64,000 nucleotides of DNA from positions 64,001-128,000 of the forward strand of contig CALSSJ010000015.1 in NCBI GenBank assembly GCA_943788985.1. Direction: 5' to 3'. Below are positions 36,775 through 47,752 of the stretch, one piece after another (position 1 is the first letter of the stretch; every line of letters begins with the position of its first letter). Position numbers and translations under genes: made by a program. Source of the stretch: an uncultured Lentisphaerales bacterium (lineage in GTDB: Bacteria; Verrucomicrobiota; Lentisphaeria; JABSQK01; UBA12247). The notes beneath the pieces are model-generated. The model was not told the DNA's origin, made no database searches, and saw nothing but the letters and a program-made list of their open reading frames with translations.

Positions 36775-38064
36775 TTAGCGTTGGCTGAGGGCTCCTCGGA
36801 GGGCGTTGACGGTGCGGTCTACGGCACCGCGCTGAGAGCGGACGACGTCGAGGGCAGCCTGGCCCAGCCGGGCGCGTTCTGCGGAATCCGCAAGTAGGTG
36901 AGCTAGCTGCTTTTGCAGGTCCGCAGTGTCCTGGACCTGGACCGCTGCTTTGGCGTCCAGCAGGAGGTGGACGGTGGCTCGAAAATTCCCCATGTGAGGC
37001 CCGAAGAGAATTGGCTTGGCCAGCGCGGCTGGCTCGATCACGTTCTGGCCGCCCATCGCGGGGCCAAGACTCTTGCCGACGAAGACCAAATCCGCTGCCG
37101 AGAGATAGGACAGCAGCTCGCCGGTGGTGTCGCCGAGAAGTACGTCGACTGGCCCCTTGGGCAGGCCCTCGCTGAGCCGGGCGAGTTTTTCGAGCCCAAG
37201 CTCTTCGATCAATTCTGGGGTGCGCTCGGCATGGCGCGGGACGATCAGTAGGCGCAGGTCTGGATGTGAATTTCGCAACTCTTGCCAGCAATGGACCAGC
37301 GCTGCCTCCTCACCTGCATGGGTGCTGGCACCGACCAGCAGAGTAAAGGAGTCGCCGAAGGCTGACTTCAATTGCTGGCGCAGGCCAGCCTGGGCCTCAC
37401 TCGGGATGAGATCGTATTTCATCGTGCCGATGACGGTCGTTTTGGCCGCAAACTCGTCGAAGCGTCGCGCGTCTTCGACTGTTTGGGCGAGGACAACGGT
37501 GACGTGAGAAAGCAGGTAGCGCACCACGCCGCCGAGGCGGAGAAAGCCCCGCAGGGAGTTGTCAGACATCCTCGCATTTGCGATGACCACTGGGACGCGT
37601 TGCGAACTCCGCAGAATCAGCTGGGGCCAGAGCTCGACCTCCATGATGACGAGCATGCGGGGCTCGATCTGGTCTAGGGTGCGATCGATTGCACTGGGCA
37701 GGTCGAGCGGCGCGTAGATGACCTCGCAGCCGTCTGGGGCGCGCTCGCGCGCGAGTCGCTGGGCGGTATTGGTGGTGGTCGAGATGACAAAGGGCCGGCG
37801 GCGATCCACCGCTCGCCAGGCGTCGATCAAGAGCAGCGCTGCGTTCAATTCGCCGACGCTCACTGCATGGATCCAGATGGGGCGTGTCAGGTCGCGCAGC
37901 TGTGATCGCTTGTGATGCGAGAAGTAGCCGCGGCGCTCGCCGATGGTCTCAAGCTCGCCACCACGACGCTGGAGCTTCCGCCGGTAGAAGGGCCAGTAAA
38001 GGGCGTATGCGACGGGGTAGAAGCAGGAGTAGAACAGAAGGAATAGCCGTGTGCCCAGACTCAT
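36775..38064 (-). CDS. waaA: 3-deoxy-D-manno-octulosonic acid transferase
   Basis: IWIHAVSVGE, YAPLD, EVELWP, NARMS, MKYD, ASTHAGEE, VPRHAER, GGQNVIEPA. Confidence 0.95.
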   Translation of the reverse strand: MSLGTRLFLLFYSCFYPVAYALYWPFYRRKLQRRGGELETIGERRGYFSHHKRSQLRDLTRPIWIHAVSVGELNAALLLIDAWRAVDRRRPFVISTTTNTAQRLARERAPDGCEVIYAPLDLPSAIDRTLDQIEPRMLVIMEVELWPQLILRSSQRVPVVIANARMSDNSLRGFLRLGGVVRYLLSHVTVVLAQTVEDARRFDEFAAKTTVIGTMKYDLIPSEAQAGLRQQLKSAFGDSFTLLVGASTHAGEEAALVHCWQELRNSHPDLRLLIVPRHAERTPELIEELGLEKLARLSEGLPKGPVDVLLGDTTGELLSYLSAADLVFVGKSLGPAMGGQNVIEPAALAKPILFGPHMGNFRATVHLLLDAKAAVQVQDTADLQKQLAHLLADSAERARLGQAALDVVRSQRGAVDRTVNALRGALSQR

Positions 38065-38181
38065 CTTAGGAGAACTCTCAGTGCGAGCGTAAAAGCGATT
38101 CGTACTGGTAGCGCCTGCCGGGCCTTGTGCTTAGAACGCGCTCGTAAATTACACGGGGCCTGGATGCACTATTGTATCACA

Positions 38182-39210
38182 CTAGCAGATGCGGGGGAGT
38201 TGCTCGCCGCGCAGGAGGTCGAGGACGCGAGTGGCGCCTAGCTCACTGGTGAGGGTAACGATCCCGCGGGGAGACTCGTTGACGGTGCCGATCAGGCAGG
38301 CCTCACAGCCGGCGTTGCGGAGTTCGCAAATTGCGGAGTCCGCAGATTCTGGGGCGACAATGGCGAGGAAGCGGCCTTCGTTGGCGAGATAGAGCGGATC
38401 GAGGCCGAGGAGTTCGCTGGCGCCACGGACGGCGTCGGTGACGGGGATGGCCTGGGCGTTGAGCGAGAGTGAGCAGTTTGCGGAGTTCGCAATCTCGTTT
38501 GCAGCGCTGGCGAGGCCGCCGCGGGTGAGGTCGCGCAGGCAGTGCACCTCGACGTCGGAGGCGAGCACGGCTGCGATCGGGGCTGCGAGTGAGCAGAGAT
38601 CGCTTTCGATGTTGGTCTCGAAGGCGATGCCTTCACGGGAGGCCATGACGGCGGTGGCGTGGCGGCCGAGGTCGCCACTGAGGATGAGGGCGTCGCCGGG
38701 ACGGACGGAGCGGGGATGAATGTCGCTGCCGTGGTTGAGGGGGCCGATGCCGCTGGTGTTGATGTAGATGCCGTCGCACTTGCCGCGTTCGACGACTTTG
38801 GTGTCGCCAGTGACGATCTGTACGTCTGCTTCGCGGGCGGCGGTGGCGATGGATTCGATGATCCTGCGCAGCTTGGCCATGGGCAGGCCTTCTTCGAGGA
38901 TGAGGCCGAGGCTGATGGCTTGGGGTGTGGCACCGCGCATGGCGAGATCGTTGACGGTGCCGAATACGGCCAGTCGGCCGATGTCACCGCCGGGAAAGAA
39001 TATCGGCTTGACCACGAAGCTGTCGGTGGTGAAGGCGACGGGCCCGGCGATGTCCAGTGCTGCGGAGTCCGCATCGGCCTGCAGGCCGAGCCCGACGAAG
39101 GCTTCGGCAAAGACGGACTGGATGAGTTCGGCCATGAGCCGACCGCCACCGCCGTGGGCTTGGAGGATGGTGTCGCCGTGGTGGTGCTCGATGGGGCAGC
39201 TTAGGTTCAT
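38182..39210 (-). CDS. hypE: hydrogenase maturation protein HypE
   Basis: [48 protein letters not shown]-terminal LPRIC. Confidence 0.97.
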   Translation of the reverse strand: MNLSCPIEHHHGDTILQAHGGGGRLMAELIQSVFAEAFVGLGLQADADSAALDIAGPVAFTTDSFVVKPIFFPGGDIGRLAVFGTVNDLAMRGATPQAISLGLILEEGLPMAKLRRIIESIATAAREADVQIVTGDTKVVERGKCDGIYINTSGIGPLNHGSDIHPRSVRPGDALILSGDLGRHATAVMASREGIAFETNIESDLCSLAAPIAAVLASDVEVHCLRDLTRGGLASAANEIANSANCSLSLNAQAIPVTDAVRGASELLGLDPLYLANEGRFLAIVAPESADSAICELRNAGCEACLIGTVNESPRGIVTLTSELGATRVLDLLRGEQLPRIC

Positions 39211-40298
39211 AGCGCGACTCTCCGAAAGCGATAGTAGGCAGCGCAGGCGCCTTCATCGGAGACCATCGGCGCGCCCAGCGGGGAGTCGGGTGTGCAGCGG
39301 GTGCCGAAGGCGGTACAGGCGGTGGGTTTGCAGCGGCCCTGGAGGACCTCGCCGGCGATGCACTCGGCGGGTTCGGGGACGGTGCCGCCGTTGAGGCCAA
39401 AGCGTTGTTCGGCGTCAAACTGCGCGTATTCGGCGCGCAGCACGAGGCCACTCTGCGGGATCTCGCCAATGCCGCGCCAGGTCTGTGCAGCAGGCTCGAA
39501 GACGGTCTCGAGAATGGAGCGGGCGGTGGGGTTGCCGTCGTCTCGTGCGGATCTGGCGTAGCAATTGCGCACGGTGGCTTCGCCTGCTTCGAGCTGGCGC
39601 ACGCACTCGAGGATGCCATCAAGAATGTCGAGCGGTTCGAAGCCGGTGACGGCAATGGGGACGTGGTAGCGAGCGGCGATGGGTAGGTACTCGGCGGAGC
39701 CGGTGATGGTGCAGACGTGCCCGGCGGCCAGGAATGCCTGGACCCGTGCTTCGTCATGACTGAGGATGGCTTCGATCGCTGGCGGGACGAGGACCTGAGA
39801 GACGAGGGCGCTATAGTTGGTCAGGTTCTGGCGGGCGGCTTGAAAGATGGCCATGGCGTTGGGCGGCGCGGTGGTTTCGAAGCCAATGGCAAAGAACACG
39901 ATCTGGCGGTCGGGATTCTCGGCGGCGACGGTGAGCGCATCGAGCGGTGAGTAGACGATGCGCACATCAGCGCCCTGGGCGCGGACGGTGAGCAGGTCGG
40001 TCGCGGAGCCAGGGACCCGCAGCATGTCGCCGAAGGAACAGAGGATGACGTCTGGCCGCCGGGCGAGGGCGATAGCGGCGTCGATCTTGCCGAGCGGGGT
40101 GACGCAGACGGGACAGCCGGGGCCGTGTAGCAGCTCGATGCCGTCGGGCAAGAGGTCCTGAATGCCATAGCGCATGATGGCGTGGGTCTGCCCGCCGCAA
40201 ATCTCCATGATGGTCCATGGCTGGGTTGCGGACGCCGCAATTTTTGCGGCGATTTTCTTGGCGGTCTCGCAATCTCGATACTCGTCCAGATACTTCAC
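39207..40298 (-). CDS. hypD: hydrogenase maturation protein HypD
   Basis: [44 protein letters not shown]. Confidence 0.97.
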   Translation of the reverse strand: MKYLDEYRDCETAKKIAAKIAASATQPWTIMEICGGQTHAIMRYGIQDLLPDGIELLHGPGCPVCVTPLGKIDAAIALARRPDVILCSFGDMLRVPGSATDLLTVRAQGADVRIVYSPLDALTVAAENPDRQIVFFAIGFETTAPPNAMAIFQAARQNLTNYSALVSQVLVPPAIEAILSHDEARVQAFLAAGHVCTITGSAEYLPIAARYHVPIAVTGFEPLDILDGILECVRQLEAGEATVRNCYARSARDDGNPTARSILETVFEPAAQTWRGIGEIPQSGLVLRAEYAQFDAEQRFGLNGGTVPEPAECIAGEVLQGRCKPTACTAFGTRCTPDSPLGAPMVSDEGACAAYYRFRRVAL

Positions 40299-40540
40299 GG
40301 AAGCGGCTCCTGGAACTCCCCGAGCTCCTCAAAGGTGTCGAAGATGCGGGCGGCCTCGTCTTCGTCGATGGTGCTGATGGCGAAGCCGACGTGAACGAGC
40401 ACGTGGTCGTCTACTTGCGCCTCGGGGGTAAATGCGAGATTGACGGTCTTGACGATCCCGCCGAAGCTGACGCGCCCGGCACGTAGCAGCGGGTCGGTCT
40501 CGGTGAGCTCAATAATTCTACCTGGGATGGCTAAACACAT
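40295..40540 (-). CDS. hypC: hydrogenase chaperone HypC
   Basis: MCLAIPG...VLVHVGFA. Confidence 0.95.
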   Translation of the reverse strand: MCLAIPGRIIELTETDPLLRAGRVSFGGIVKTVNLAFTPEAQVDDHVLVHVGFAISTIDEDEAARIFDTFEELGEFQEPLP

Positions 40541-42711
40541 GGCAGGCCTCGGGTTCGGGAAGCGATGAGTTGGCCCACGGCGATACCGCCATCGTTCGGG
40601 GGGACAAGCTGAGGCCAATGTGGCGTAAATCGGGCGTGACGCAAGCTGGCTATTGCCTCGGTAAGTAGCGAGCGGTTTTGGAAGCAGCCGCCGGAGAGGA
40701 GCACGTCTGGTAGCGCTTGGGCCTGAGCGATTTGGACGATGAGGGCGACGAGCGCCCGATGAAACCGCGCGGCGATGGTCCCAGTGGCGGTGCCGGCATC
40801 GAGGTCGGCGCAGATCGCCCGGATGAGCGGCCGCCAGTCGGCTTGCATGCCGTCGAGCGTGATTGGGTAGGTGTCCTGACCAGGACTAATGGCGTGCTCC
40901 AAGGCCATAGCCGCATGGCCCTCGTATTCTACTTTTTTGATGAGGCCGATGAGGGCGCTGACGGCGTCGAACAGGCGGCCCATGGCACTGCATTGTGGCG
41001 AGTTTAGCCCGGTCGCTAGCTGGGTGTCGAGGATGTGAGTTGCGGACTTCGCAAATCCCAGACGGTGGCAGGGGAGGCCACAGCTTCGCAGCAGGGCATA
41101 GGCAATACGGTCAGGGGATTGAATGGCTGCCTCGCCGCCGAGCAACGGGAATGGCCGCAAGGTGCTCACGCGCTCACAAAAGCGGTCGCGAATGACAAAG
41201 CTTTCGCCGCCCCAGATGGTCCCGTCATGGCCGTAGCCGGTGCCATCCCAGATGATGGCGAGGCAGGGCTGGGTGAGGCTGTGCTCGGCTACGCCGGCCC
41301 AGGCGTGTGCCTCATGATGCTGGACGCGGACGGTGGGCCTGTCGAGGCGCTCCGCCTCGAGGGTGGTGGCGTAGTCTGGGTGAAGGTCGCAGACAACGGT
41401 GGGGTGGGCGGGAGCGATGCGATCTCGAAGCTGCTCGTGGGTCTGTCGGGTTGCCAGGGTAGTGAGGTCGCCGATGTGTTGGCTGAGGACGATGCGGTCA
41501 CCGCGAGAAGCCGCGAGGGTGTTCTTGAGCTGGCCACCAAGCGCGAGCACGGGCCCGCCAGGTGGCGCGTGGAAGGGGATTGCCTGGGGATAGCCCCGGG
41601 CTCGGCGGATGAGGGTGGCCTTTTCGTCGATGACGATGACGATGGAGTCGTCGAGCGGCTCGACGATGTCGCGGTTGTGCATCAGCCAGGCGTCTGCGAT
41701 CTGCGCAAGGCGCGCGATGGCTTCGTCGTTGCTGATGCAGATGGTCTCACCAGAGACGTTGCCGCTGGTGGCGATGAGCGGGCGTTGGAGTTGGTCGAGC
41801 AGCAGGTGGTGAAGGGGGGTGCAGGGAAGCATGGCGCCGATGTGGCTGGATGCGCAACGATGCCGCGGGCGTAGGAGGACGATGGGGGCGGCGGGTGAGC
41901 TGAGAATGGCGCGCTCGCTGGGGGTGACCTGGCAGTGGCGCTCGATGGCTGCTAAATCTGGATAGAGGATCGCCAGCGGTTTGGAGCTGCGACGTTTGCG
42001 CAGGCGTAGGCGCTCGACTGCCTGCGGGTTCTGGGCGTCGACCATGAGTTGGAAGCCGCCTATGCCTTTGAAGGCGAGGATCTGGCCAGCTTCGAGGGTG
42101 GCGCAGGCCGCCTCGAGTGGATTGCCGCCGTGGGGGCCCCGGTAGTGGAGGCTTGGCCCGCAAGTGGGACAGGCGTTGGTCTGGGAGTGAAACCTGCGGT
42201 CGGTGGGGCTGCGTGTTTCGCTCTGGCAAGCAAGACATTGGGCGAAGGCGGACATGGAGGAGGAGGCGCGATCCCACGGCAGTTCCAAGCAGATACTCTG
42301 GCGTGGCCCGCACTGGGTGCAGCTAATGAAGGAATAGCCGTGGCGCCGATCGGCAGGATTGCGGAGTTCGCAAAGGCAGGCGGGGCAGGTGGCGAGGTCG
42401 GGGGGGAGGTCGGTGGTGATGGCACCATCGGTGCTCTGGAGGATCCGAAAGTCGCTGGCATGGCGTGGGGGGGCGGGGGTGATGGTTACGCTGGTGATGT
42501 GCGCGTGCTGCGGTGGTCGCTGCTGGAGGTTATCGGCAAACGCCCGCAGGGCAGCGGGCGCGCCCTCGACGGTAATCGAGAGGCCGTCTGCGGTGTTGCG
42601 CACTTGGCCACAGAGCTGGAGCTGGGTGGCTTGGGTGTGAATCCATGGCCGAAAGCCGACGCCCTGGACCACGCCAGTGACGCGGACATCGCAGCTCTGG
42701 ATTTCACTCAT
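40531..42711 (-). CDS. hypF: carbamoyltransferase HypF
   Basis: GVVQGVGFRP, CxxC zinc fingers, RRFHSQ, KGIGGFQL, ATSGN, DLHPDY, VQHHEAH, DGTGYG, PPNDGGI. Confidence 0.97.
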   Translation of the reverse strand: MSEIQSCDVRVTGVVQGVGFRPWIHTQATQLQLCGQVRNTADGLSITVEGAPAALRAFADNLQQRPPQHAHITSVTITPAPPRHASDFRILQSTDGAITTDLPPDLATCPACLCELRNPADRRHGYSFISCTQCGPRQSICLELPWDRASSSMSAFAQCLACQSETRSPTDRRFHSQTNACPTCGPSLHYRGPHGGNPLEAACATLEAGQILAFKGIGGFQLMVDAQNPQAVERLRLRKRRSSKPLAILYPDLAAIERHCQVTPSERAILSSPAAPIVLLRPRHRCASSHIGAMLPCTPLHHLLLDQLQRPLIATSGNVSGETICISNDEAIARLAQIADAWLMHNRDIVEPLDDSIVIVIDEKATLIRRARGYPQAIPFHAPPGGPVLALGGQLKNTLAASRGDRIVLSQHIGDLTTLATRQTHEQLRDRIAPAHPTVVCDLHPDYATTLEAERLDRPTVRVQHHEAHAWAGVAEHSLTQPCLAIIWDGTGYGHDGTIWGGESFVIRDRFCERVSTLRPFPLLGGEAAIQSPDRIAYALLRSCGLPCHRLGFAKSATHILDTQLATGLNSPQCSAMGRLFDAVSALIGLIKKVEYEGHAAMALEHAISPGQDTYPITLDGMQADWRPLIRAICADLDAGTATGTIAARFHRALVALIVQIAQAQALPDVLLSGGCFQNRSLLTEAIASLRHARFTPHWPQLVPPNDGGIAVGQLIASRTRGLPCV

Positions 42712-42735
42712 GCTTGGCGGAGTCCGAGGATGGGG

Positions 42736-43143
42736 TCATGCATCTTTTGCGATCTCCGCAATGACGGCCTGGGCGGCTTGGAGAACTGCTGGCGAGAGGT
42801 CTTGACCAAGGTCGAATGTCTGGCCTTCGATGCCGTAGAGGCGCAGGTCGGTAGGGAGTTGGCCGAGGGCGCGTAGACGCTCAATGGCCTCGGCAATGTT
42901 GAAGTCGCCGGGGATGGTGGTTCGGTGGGCGTCGATGCGGTGAATAGTGCCCGGTTCGTGCTGAAGGGGCACGGCGTGTACCAGGCAGGCTTTTGGGTGG
43001 GCCTGTAGTAGCTCAAGGAGTTCTGTGCCCTCTGCAGAGACTTCGGTGACGATGAGGCCGGGCCGCAAGTGCGCGACGGCCCTAGCTAGGTAATGGCCGA
43101 CACCATCGTCGCTGCGCAGTCTGTTGCCAACGCTGATGATCAT
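42736..43143 (-). CDS. hydrogenase maturation protease family (HyaD/HybD/HoxW-like), degenerate
   Basis: VGNRLRSDDGVG, PGTIHR, YGIEG..F.LG..LSPAV. Confidence 0.8.
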   Translation of the reverse strand: MIISVGNRLRSDDGVGHYLARAVAHLRPGLIVTEVSAEGTELLELLQAHPKACLVHAVPLQHEPGTIHRIDAHRTTIPGDFNIAEAIERLRALGQLPTDLRLYGIEGQTFDLGQDLSPAVLQAAQAVIAEIAKDA

Positions 43144-43245
43144 GTGCGCGCTGCACAGGCGACCGAGGCTTGTTGCCAGTAGCCTGTTTTTTGCAGGGCC
43201 AAGACCTATACCTACTGTGATCGAGATGGTCGGTCATGGCTGCGA

Positions 43246-44253
43246 TTACTGATCTGCATCGGGGGTGGAGAGTTCCTCGAGGACTTCGAGGTAGTTCGCG
43301 CGCTCGAAGTCGCCGGGGGTGGCCGAGGCGGATCTGCTCAGCAAGCCCTGGAGGCTTCGTACTGACTCGTGCCCATAGTCGAGAATCAGCTCCTCCAAGC
43401 TCTCGCGCAGGACGCGCACCTGATCTACGCCATGACGAAGCAGAGAGCCCGCCACCATGACAGCATCTGCACCTACGAGGAGATACTTCATGACCTGCTC
43501 GGCGGTTTCGACGCCGCGTCCGCCTGCGAGAGAGCAGATGATCATGTCGCGAAGCATCCCGATCCAGAGTAGCGGCAGGCGAATCTCATCGGGAGTGCTG
43601 GGGGCGAGATTGCGGTCGACCGATAGCCGGCTGAGGTCAATGTCTGGCTGGTAGAAGCGATTAAACAGCACGAGTGAATCTGCCCCTGCTGCATCGAAGC
43701 GGATTGCGATGTTCGCAAAGGATGTAAAGAACGGACTCAGCTTGAGGGCTATTGGGATATTTACGGCGCGCTTGACAGTCTTGAGGGTATCGAGATACTG
43801 GCTCTCGATATTCACGGCGGGCTGGTCGGGGTCGGCTGCGACCCGGTAGAGGTTGAGTTCCACAGCATCGGCGCCGGCTTGTTCGATTTGTCTGGCGTAG
43901 TTTGCCCAGCCTTGGAAGGTGCAGCCATTCAGGCTGGCGATGATTGGGATGTCCACGGCCTGTTTGGCCGCGACAATGTGGGAGAGATACTGGTCTGGAC
44001 CCACGGGCCTGGCGATGGGAGGCAGATACCTTGCTGCCTCGGCGGGTGCATTACCTGCGAGATCCAGGGCGCGGGCGACTGCGGCACGATCGCGCGAGAC
44101 TTGCTCCTCGAACAGGGAGTAGAGCACGACTGCTCCGGCCCCTGCGTCCTCCATTTTTTTGATGCTGTCGAGCGAGCGTGAGAGCGGGCACGCCGATACG
44201 ATGATCGGGCAGCTCAATTCGAGATTCATATAACGTGTTGAAAGATCGGTCAT
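43246..44253 (-). CDS. dihydroorotate dehydrogenase-like flavoprotein
   Basis: DLSTRYM.L.L..PII.SA.PL, GAVVLYSLFEEQ, IIASLNG, ELNLY, KLSPFF, VLFNRFYQPD. Confidence 0.9.
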   Translation of the reverse strand: MTDLSTRYMNLELSCPIIVSACPLSRSLDSIKKMEDAGAGAVVLYSLFEEQVSRDRAAVARALDLAGNAPAEAARYLPPIARPVGPDQYLSHIVAAKQAVDIPIIASLNGCTFQGWANYARQIEQAGADAVELNLYRVAADPDQPAVNIESQYLDTLKTVKRAVNIPIALKLSPFFTSFANIAIRFDAAGADSLVLFNRFYQPDIDLSRLSVDRNLAPSTPDEIRLPLLWIGMLRDMIICSLAGGRGVETAEQVMKYLLVGADAVMVAGSLLRHGVDQVRVLRESLEELILDYGHESVRSLQGLLSRSASATPGDFERANYLEVLEELSTPDADQ

Positions 44254-44459
44254 GCCAAGTCTCCTGCCATCCAATTGCTGATTTGGTATAAGCAGATTCC
44301 GTGCCCACTGCGTTCAGGTAGAAGCCTTGTGCGAAATCGGACGGTTGCCGAAAGGGGGTCTCCGTTCTGCGGATCGCGGCAGAGTGCGGAATAAAATTGC
44401 TGGCAGTAAGGACCTGTCGCGATATGTTCCCCCAAGTTCGCAAAATAATGAGTCGCGCG

Positions 44460-45647
44460 ATGAAAGATGAACAGGGCGAGTACCAGGCAGGGGCGTTTCA
44501 CGAGATGTTTGCTCGTGGCCGTGCTTCGGGGCGCCTGCGCCTGACGCGCGAGGGCGTGGCTTTCAGCAACGACCAAGGCTCGGTTCTACTGCCGATGTCA
44601 GGGCTCAAAGTGGAATTGGGCGGGGCGAGCGATCGGCTCGTGTTTTTTAAGTCTGCAGCAGAGCCGGCTTGGTCCGTGTACACGTCTGATCGGGATATTT
44701 TGAAGGATCCAAGCCTGGAGATTTCACTGGCAGATCGGCAGGCGATTAGCAAGACGCGGAGCCTTGCCAAGCTCGCCTGGGTGGCAGCGGTGGGGTTAGT
44801 CCTGGCGGCGGGACTCGTGACGCTGCTACTCTGGTCGCAGCGGGCTTTGCTGAGCGGCTGGCTGGCGAGCAAGATTCCGGCCGAGCAGGAGGCCAAGCTT
44901 GGTGAACTTATCGCCGAGCAGTTCGCGGGCTCGAAACGAGTGCTGAGCGAGGATGAGGATCTGGCAGGCGACTGGGGGGCGATGTTGGCACCACTGCTAG
45001 AGGGCGTGGATGGGAATCGCTATGATTATGATATTGTGCTGATCGAGGACTCGGTGCCGAACGCGTTCGCGCTACCGGGCGGCAAGATTTTCGTCCATAG
45101 TGGGCTGCTGCTGCAGGCAGAACGCCCCGAGGAAGTGCTGGGGGTGGTGGCGCATGAGATCGCGCACGTGAACCTGCAGCATGGCACGCGGGCTGTACTC
45201 GAGACGGTGACGCTGGTGGTGGTTGTGCAGGCGCTAATCGGCGACTTTTCTGGGGTGATCGCGCTGGCAGCGGAGGGCGGCGTGGCGCTGTTGACAAAGG
45301 CGCACTCGCGCGATGCCGAACGTGAGGCCGATGAGGTGGGCTGGGGCTATATGATGAAGGCGGGCCTGGATCCGGCCGCCATGATTTCGTTGTTTGAGAA
45401 GCTGGGGGAACTGCAGGAAGTCCATGAAGGATTGGAAGATGCTATCGCCTGGATCTCGACGCACCCAACCACCGACGAGCGGGTCGCGACGCTGGAAGGA
45501 AAACGCGATGCGCTCACTGAGGAATACGCGCCGCTGGTATTCGATTTCGAGTCGTTTCTGACGCGCGTTCGCGGCGTGCTGTTGAACCCTGAGGATGATG
45601 AGTCCCCCACCGAGAATAGAGAGGAGTCTGATGAACACACACATTGA
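44460..45647 (+). CDS. M48 family zinc metallopeptidase with N-terminal extension and TM helix
   Basis: PNAFALPGG, AHEIAHV (HEXXH), SRDAEREAD, STHP. Confidence 0.9.
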   Translation: MKDEQGEYQAGAFHEMFARGRASGRLRLTREGVAFSNDQGSVLLPMSGLKVELGGASDRLVFFKSAAEPAWSVYTSDRDILKDPSLEISLADRQAISKTRSLAKLAWVAAVGLVLAAGLVTLLLWSQRALLSGWLASKIPAEQEAKLGELIAEQFAGSKRVLSEDEDLAGDWGAMLAPLLEGVDGNRYDYDIVLIEDSVPNAFALPGGKIFVHSGLLLQAERPEEVLGVVAHEIAHVNLQHGTRAVLETVTLVVVVQALIGDFSGVIALAAEGGVALLTKAHSRDAEREADEVGWGYMMKAGLDPAAMISLFEKLGELQEVHEGLEDAIAWISTHPTTDERVATLEGKRDALTEEYAPLVFDFESFLTRVRGVLLNPEDDESPTENREESDEHTH

Positions 45648-46290
45648 AGGATCGCCATCCTTTGCCTACATCCAGGTAGACCTTGAGCCTGGGGAGTCCG
45701 TGATCGCCGAGTCCAACGCGATGGCCAGCATGGCTGGTGATATCGATCTGGACACGAAGTTTAATGGTGGATTTATGCGGGGCCTGCTGCGCAAATTTTT
45801 GGGCGGAGAGTCGCTGTTTGTGAATCATTTCACCAACAACCAGGCCGAGGCCCGCCGGATCACATTGGTGCAGCCGAATCCCGGTGATATTCACGAACTA
45901 GAGCTGAACGGCGATTCGTTCTGCTTGCAACCGGGCGCATACATCTGCTCTAGCCCGGATGTGGAGCTGGGGCTGCAATGGGCGGGCCTTCGTTCTGGAA
46001 TCTCGCGCGAGGGCTTTTTCCGGCTGAAGCTGTCGGGGCACGGGACTGTGTGGTACGGCGCCTACGGTGGGATGATCACACGGCAGATCGATGGCGAGTA
46101 CATCGTGGATACGAGTCATCTTGTGGGCTACGAACCGCAGATCAACCTGAAGCTCCAGCTGGCGGGCGGCCTTTTCTCCAGCTTTTTCGGGGGCGAGGGC
46201 TTGGTGACACGCGTAGAAGGTAAGGGCAAGATTGTGATTCAAACCCGCAGCCTCAGTGGACTGCGCGACTATATGAACCCGAGGATCTGA
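45631..46290 (+). CDS. TIGR00266/AIM24 family protein
   Basis: L.PGE.V.AE..AM, GGESLFVN.F, EGFF, VDTSHLV, GGEGLV. Confidence 0.9.
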   Translation: MNTHIEGSPSFAYIQVDLEPGESVIAESNAMASMAGDIDLDTKFNGGFMRGLLRKFLGGESLFVNHFTNNQAEARRITLVQPNPGDIHELELNGDSFCLQPGAYICSSPDVELGLQWAGLRSGISREGFFRLKLSGHGTVWYGAYGGMITRQIDGEYIVDTSHLVGYEPQINLKLQLAGGLFSSFFGGEGLVTRVEGKGKIVIQTRSLSGLRDYMNPRI

Positions 46291-46292
46291 TC

Positions 46293-46970
46293 ATGGAAGT
46301 TGAATTGATGCACCAACCTGGGAATTCTGCAGCCCGGATGATCATTCCTGCAGGGGAAACGGTAACGGCGGAGGCCGGGGCAATGATCTCGATGAGCAGT
46401 GATGTGCAGATCGAGACCACCACGCACAAGCGCGGCAAGGGCGGCGTGATGAAAGCATTGCGGCGGATACTGTCTGGCGAATCGATGTTTCTGAACCACT
46501 TCACACCCGGCGCGAATGGCGGAGAAGTGATCGTGGCGGCAACGCTGGCCGGCGATATGATGGTCTACGACTTGGACGACGAGGAATTGGTCGTGCAGTC
46601 TGGATCGTTCGTTGCTTGCGAAGAGCAGCTAGACGTGGACATGAACTGGCAGGGCTTCAAGTCGCTTCTGAGCGGCGAGTCCGTGTTTTGGCTGCGTATT
46701 CGTGGCACAGGAAAAGTGGTTCTCAGTTCATTCGGGGCGATCTATCAGCTATCGGTGGACAGCGAGCAAATCGTGGACACGGGCCACATTGTGGCCTTCA
46801 ATGAGACGTTGGACTTCACGATCTCGAAGGCTGGCAAGAGCTGGCTGCAATCGATCCTCGGAGGAGAGGGCTTTGTCTGCCGGTTCAACGGCCGCGGTAC
46901 GGTCTGGTGCCAATCCCACAATGCCAGCTCGTTTGGCCGCAACCTCGGGCCAATGCTGAAACCACGCTAG
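46293..46970 (+). CDS. TIGR00266/AIM24 family protein
   Basis: AEAGAM, SGESMFLN.F, SFGAI, VDTGHIVAF, GGEGFV. Confidence 0.9.
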   Translation: MEVELMHQPGNSAARMIIPAGETVTAEAGAMISMSSDVQIETTTHKRGKGGVMKALRRILSGESMFLNHFTPGANGGEVIVAATLAGDMMVYDLDDEELVVQSGSFVACEEQLDVDMNWQGFKSLLSGESVFWLRIRGTGKVVLSSFGAIYQLSVDSEQIVDTGHIVAFNETLDFTISKAGKSWLQSILGGEGFVCRFNGRGTVWCQSHNASSFGRNLGPMLKPR

Positions 46971-46980
46971 GAGAGCGATC

Positions 46981-47669
46981 ATGAGAGACGATACAAGTGA
47001 GTTTGAGTTCGAGGTTTCCTGTAAGCCTGACTTTGCGTATTTGAACGTACAGGTCCCGGAGGGCGTGACGCTGAAGGTGGAGTCCTCCGCCATGGCCTGC
47101 ATGGATACGAACATGAAGATGAAGACCAAGATGCGTGGCGGCCTCGGGCGCATGTTCACGGGGGAGTCTTTGTTCATTAATGAGTTTACGGCCGAGGGTG
47201 CGCCTGCCGAGATTGGCATCGCGCCAGGAGCGCCGGGGATCTGGCGCATGTCTACCTGGAAGGCGGTGACGATGAGATCTATCTGCAGAATTCCGGCTAC
47301 GTGGCATCCAGTGTCGGCGTGGATCTGGCGACCAAGTGGCAAGGGCTGGTGAAGGGATTTTTCGGGGGCGAAGGGCTGTTTCTGGTGAAGGCGACCGGAA
47401 CGGGGGATCTGTGGTTTTCGACCTTTGGGGCCATGATCGAAGTGGACGTGGAAGACGAGTACGTGGTGGACACGGCCTACATCGTGGCCTTTACCGCGGG
47501 CTTGGACTACAAGGTCTCCCGCGTTGGTGGCTACAAGTCCTTGTTCCTCTCTGGAGAAGGCTTTGTCGCCCGCTTCAGCGGCCAGGGCAAGCTCTGGATT
47601 CAGACGCGGCAGTTGCCTGCGTTCGGCGCTTGGGTTTTGCCATTCCGGCCGGTGAAGGACCCGGGGTAG
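46981..47669 (+). pseudogene. TIGR00266/AIM24 family protein, frameshifted
   Basis: The N-half (TGESLFINEF) and C-half (GGEGLF, VDTAYIVAF, SGEGFV) are in different frames. One G is missing in the run at 47235-47238. Confidence 0.85.
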
Positions 47670-47752
47670 GTGCGTTTCACGTTGCTCCTGGCCGTTACAT
47701 TGGCGTCGCACCGGAAGACGGGGACGGAGACTTCGTGCCCCCGCCACCACAC

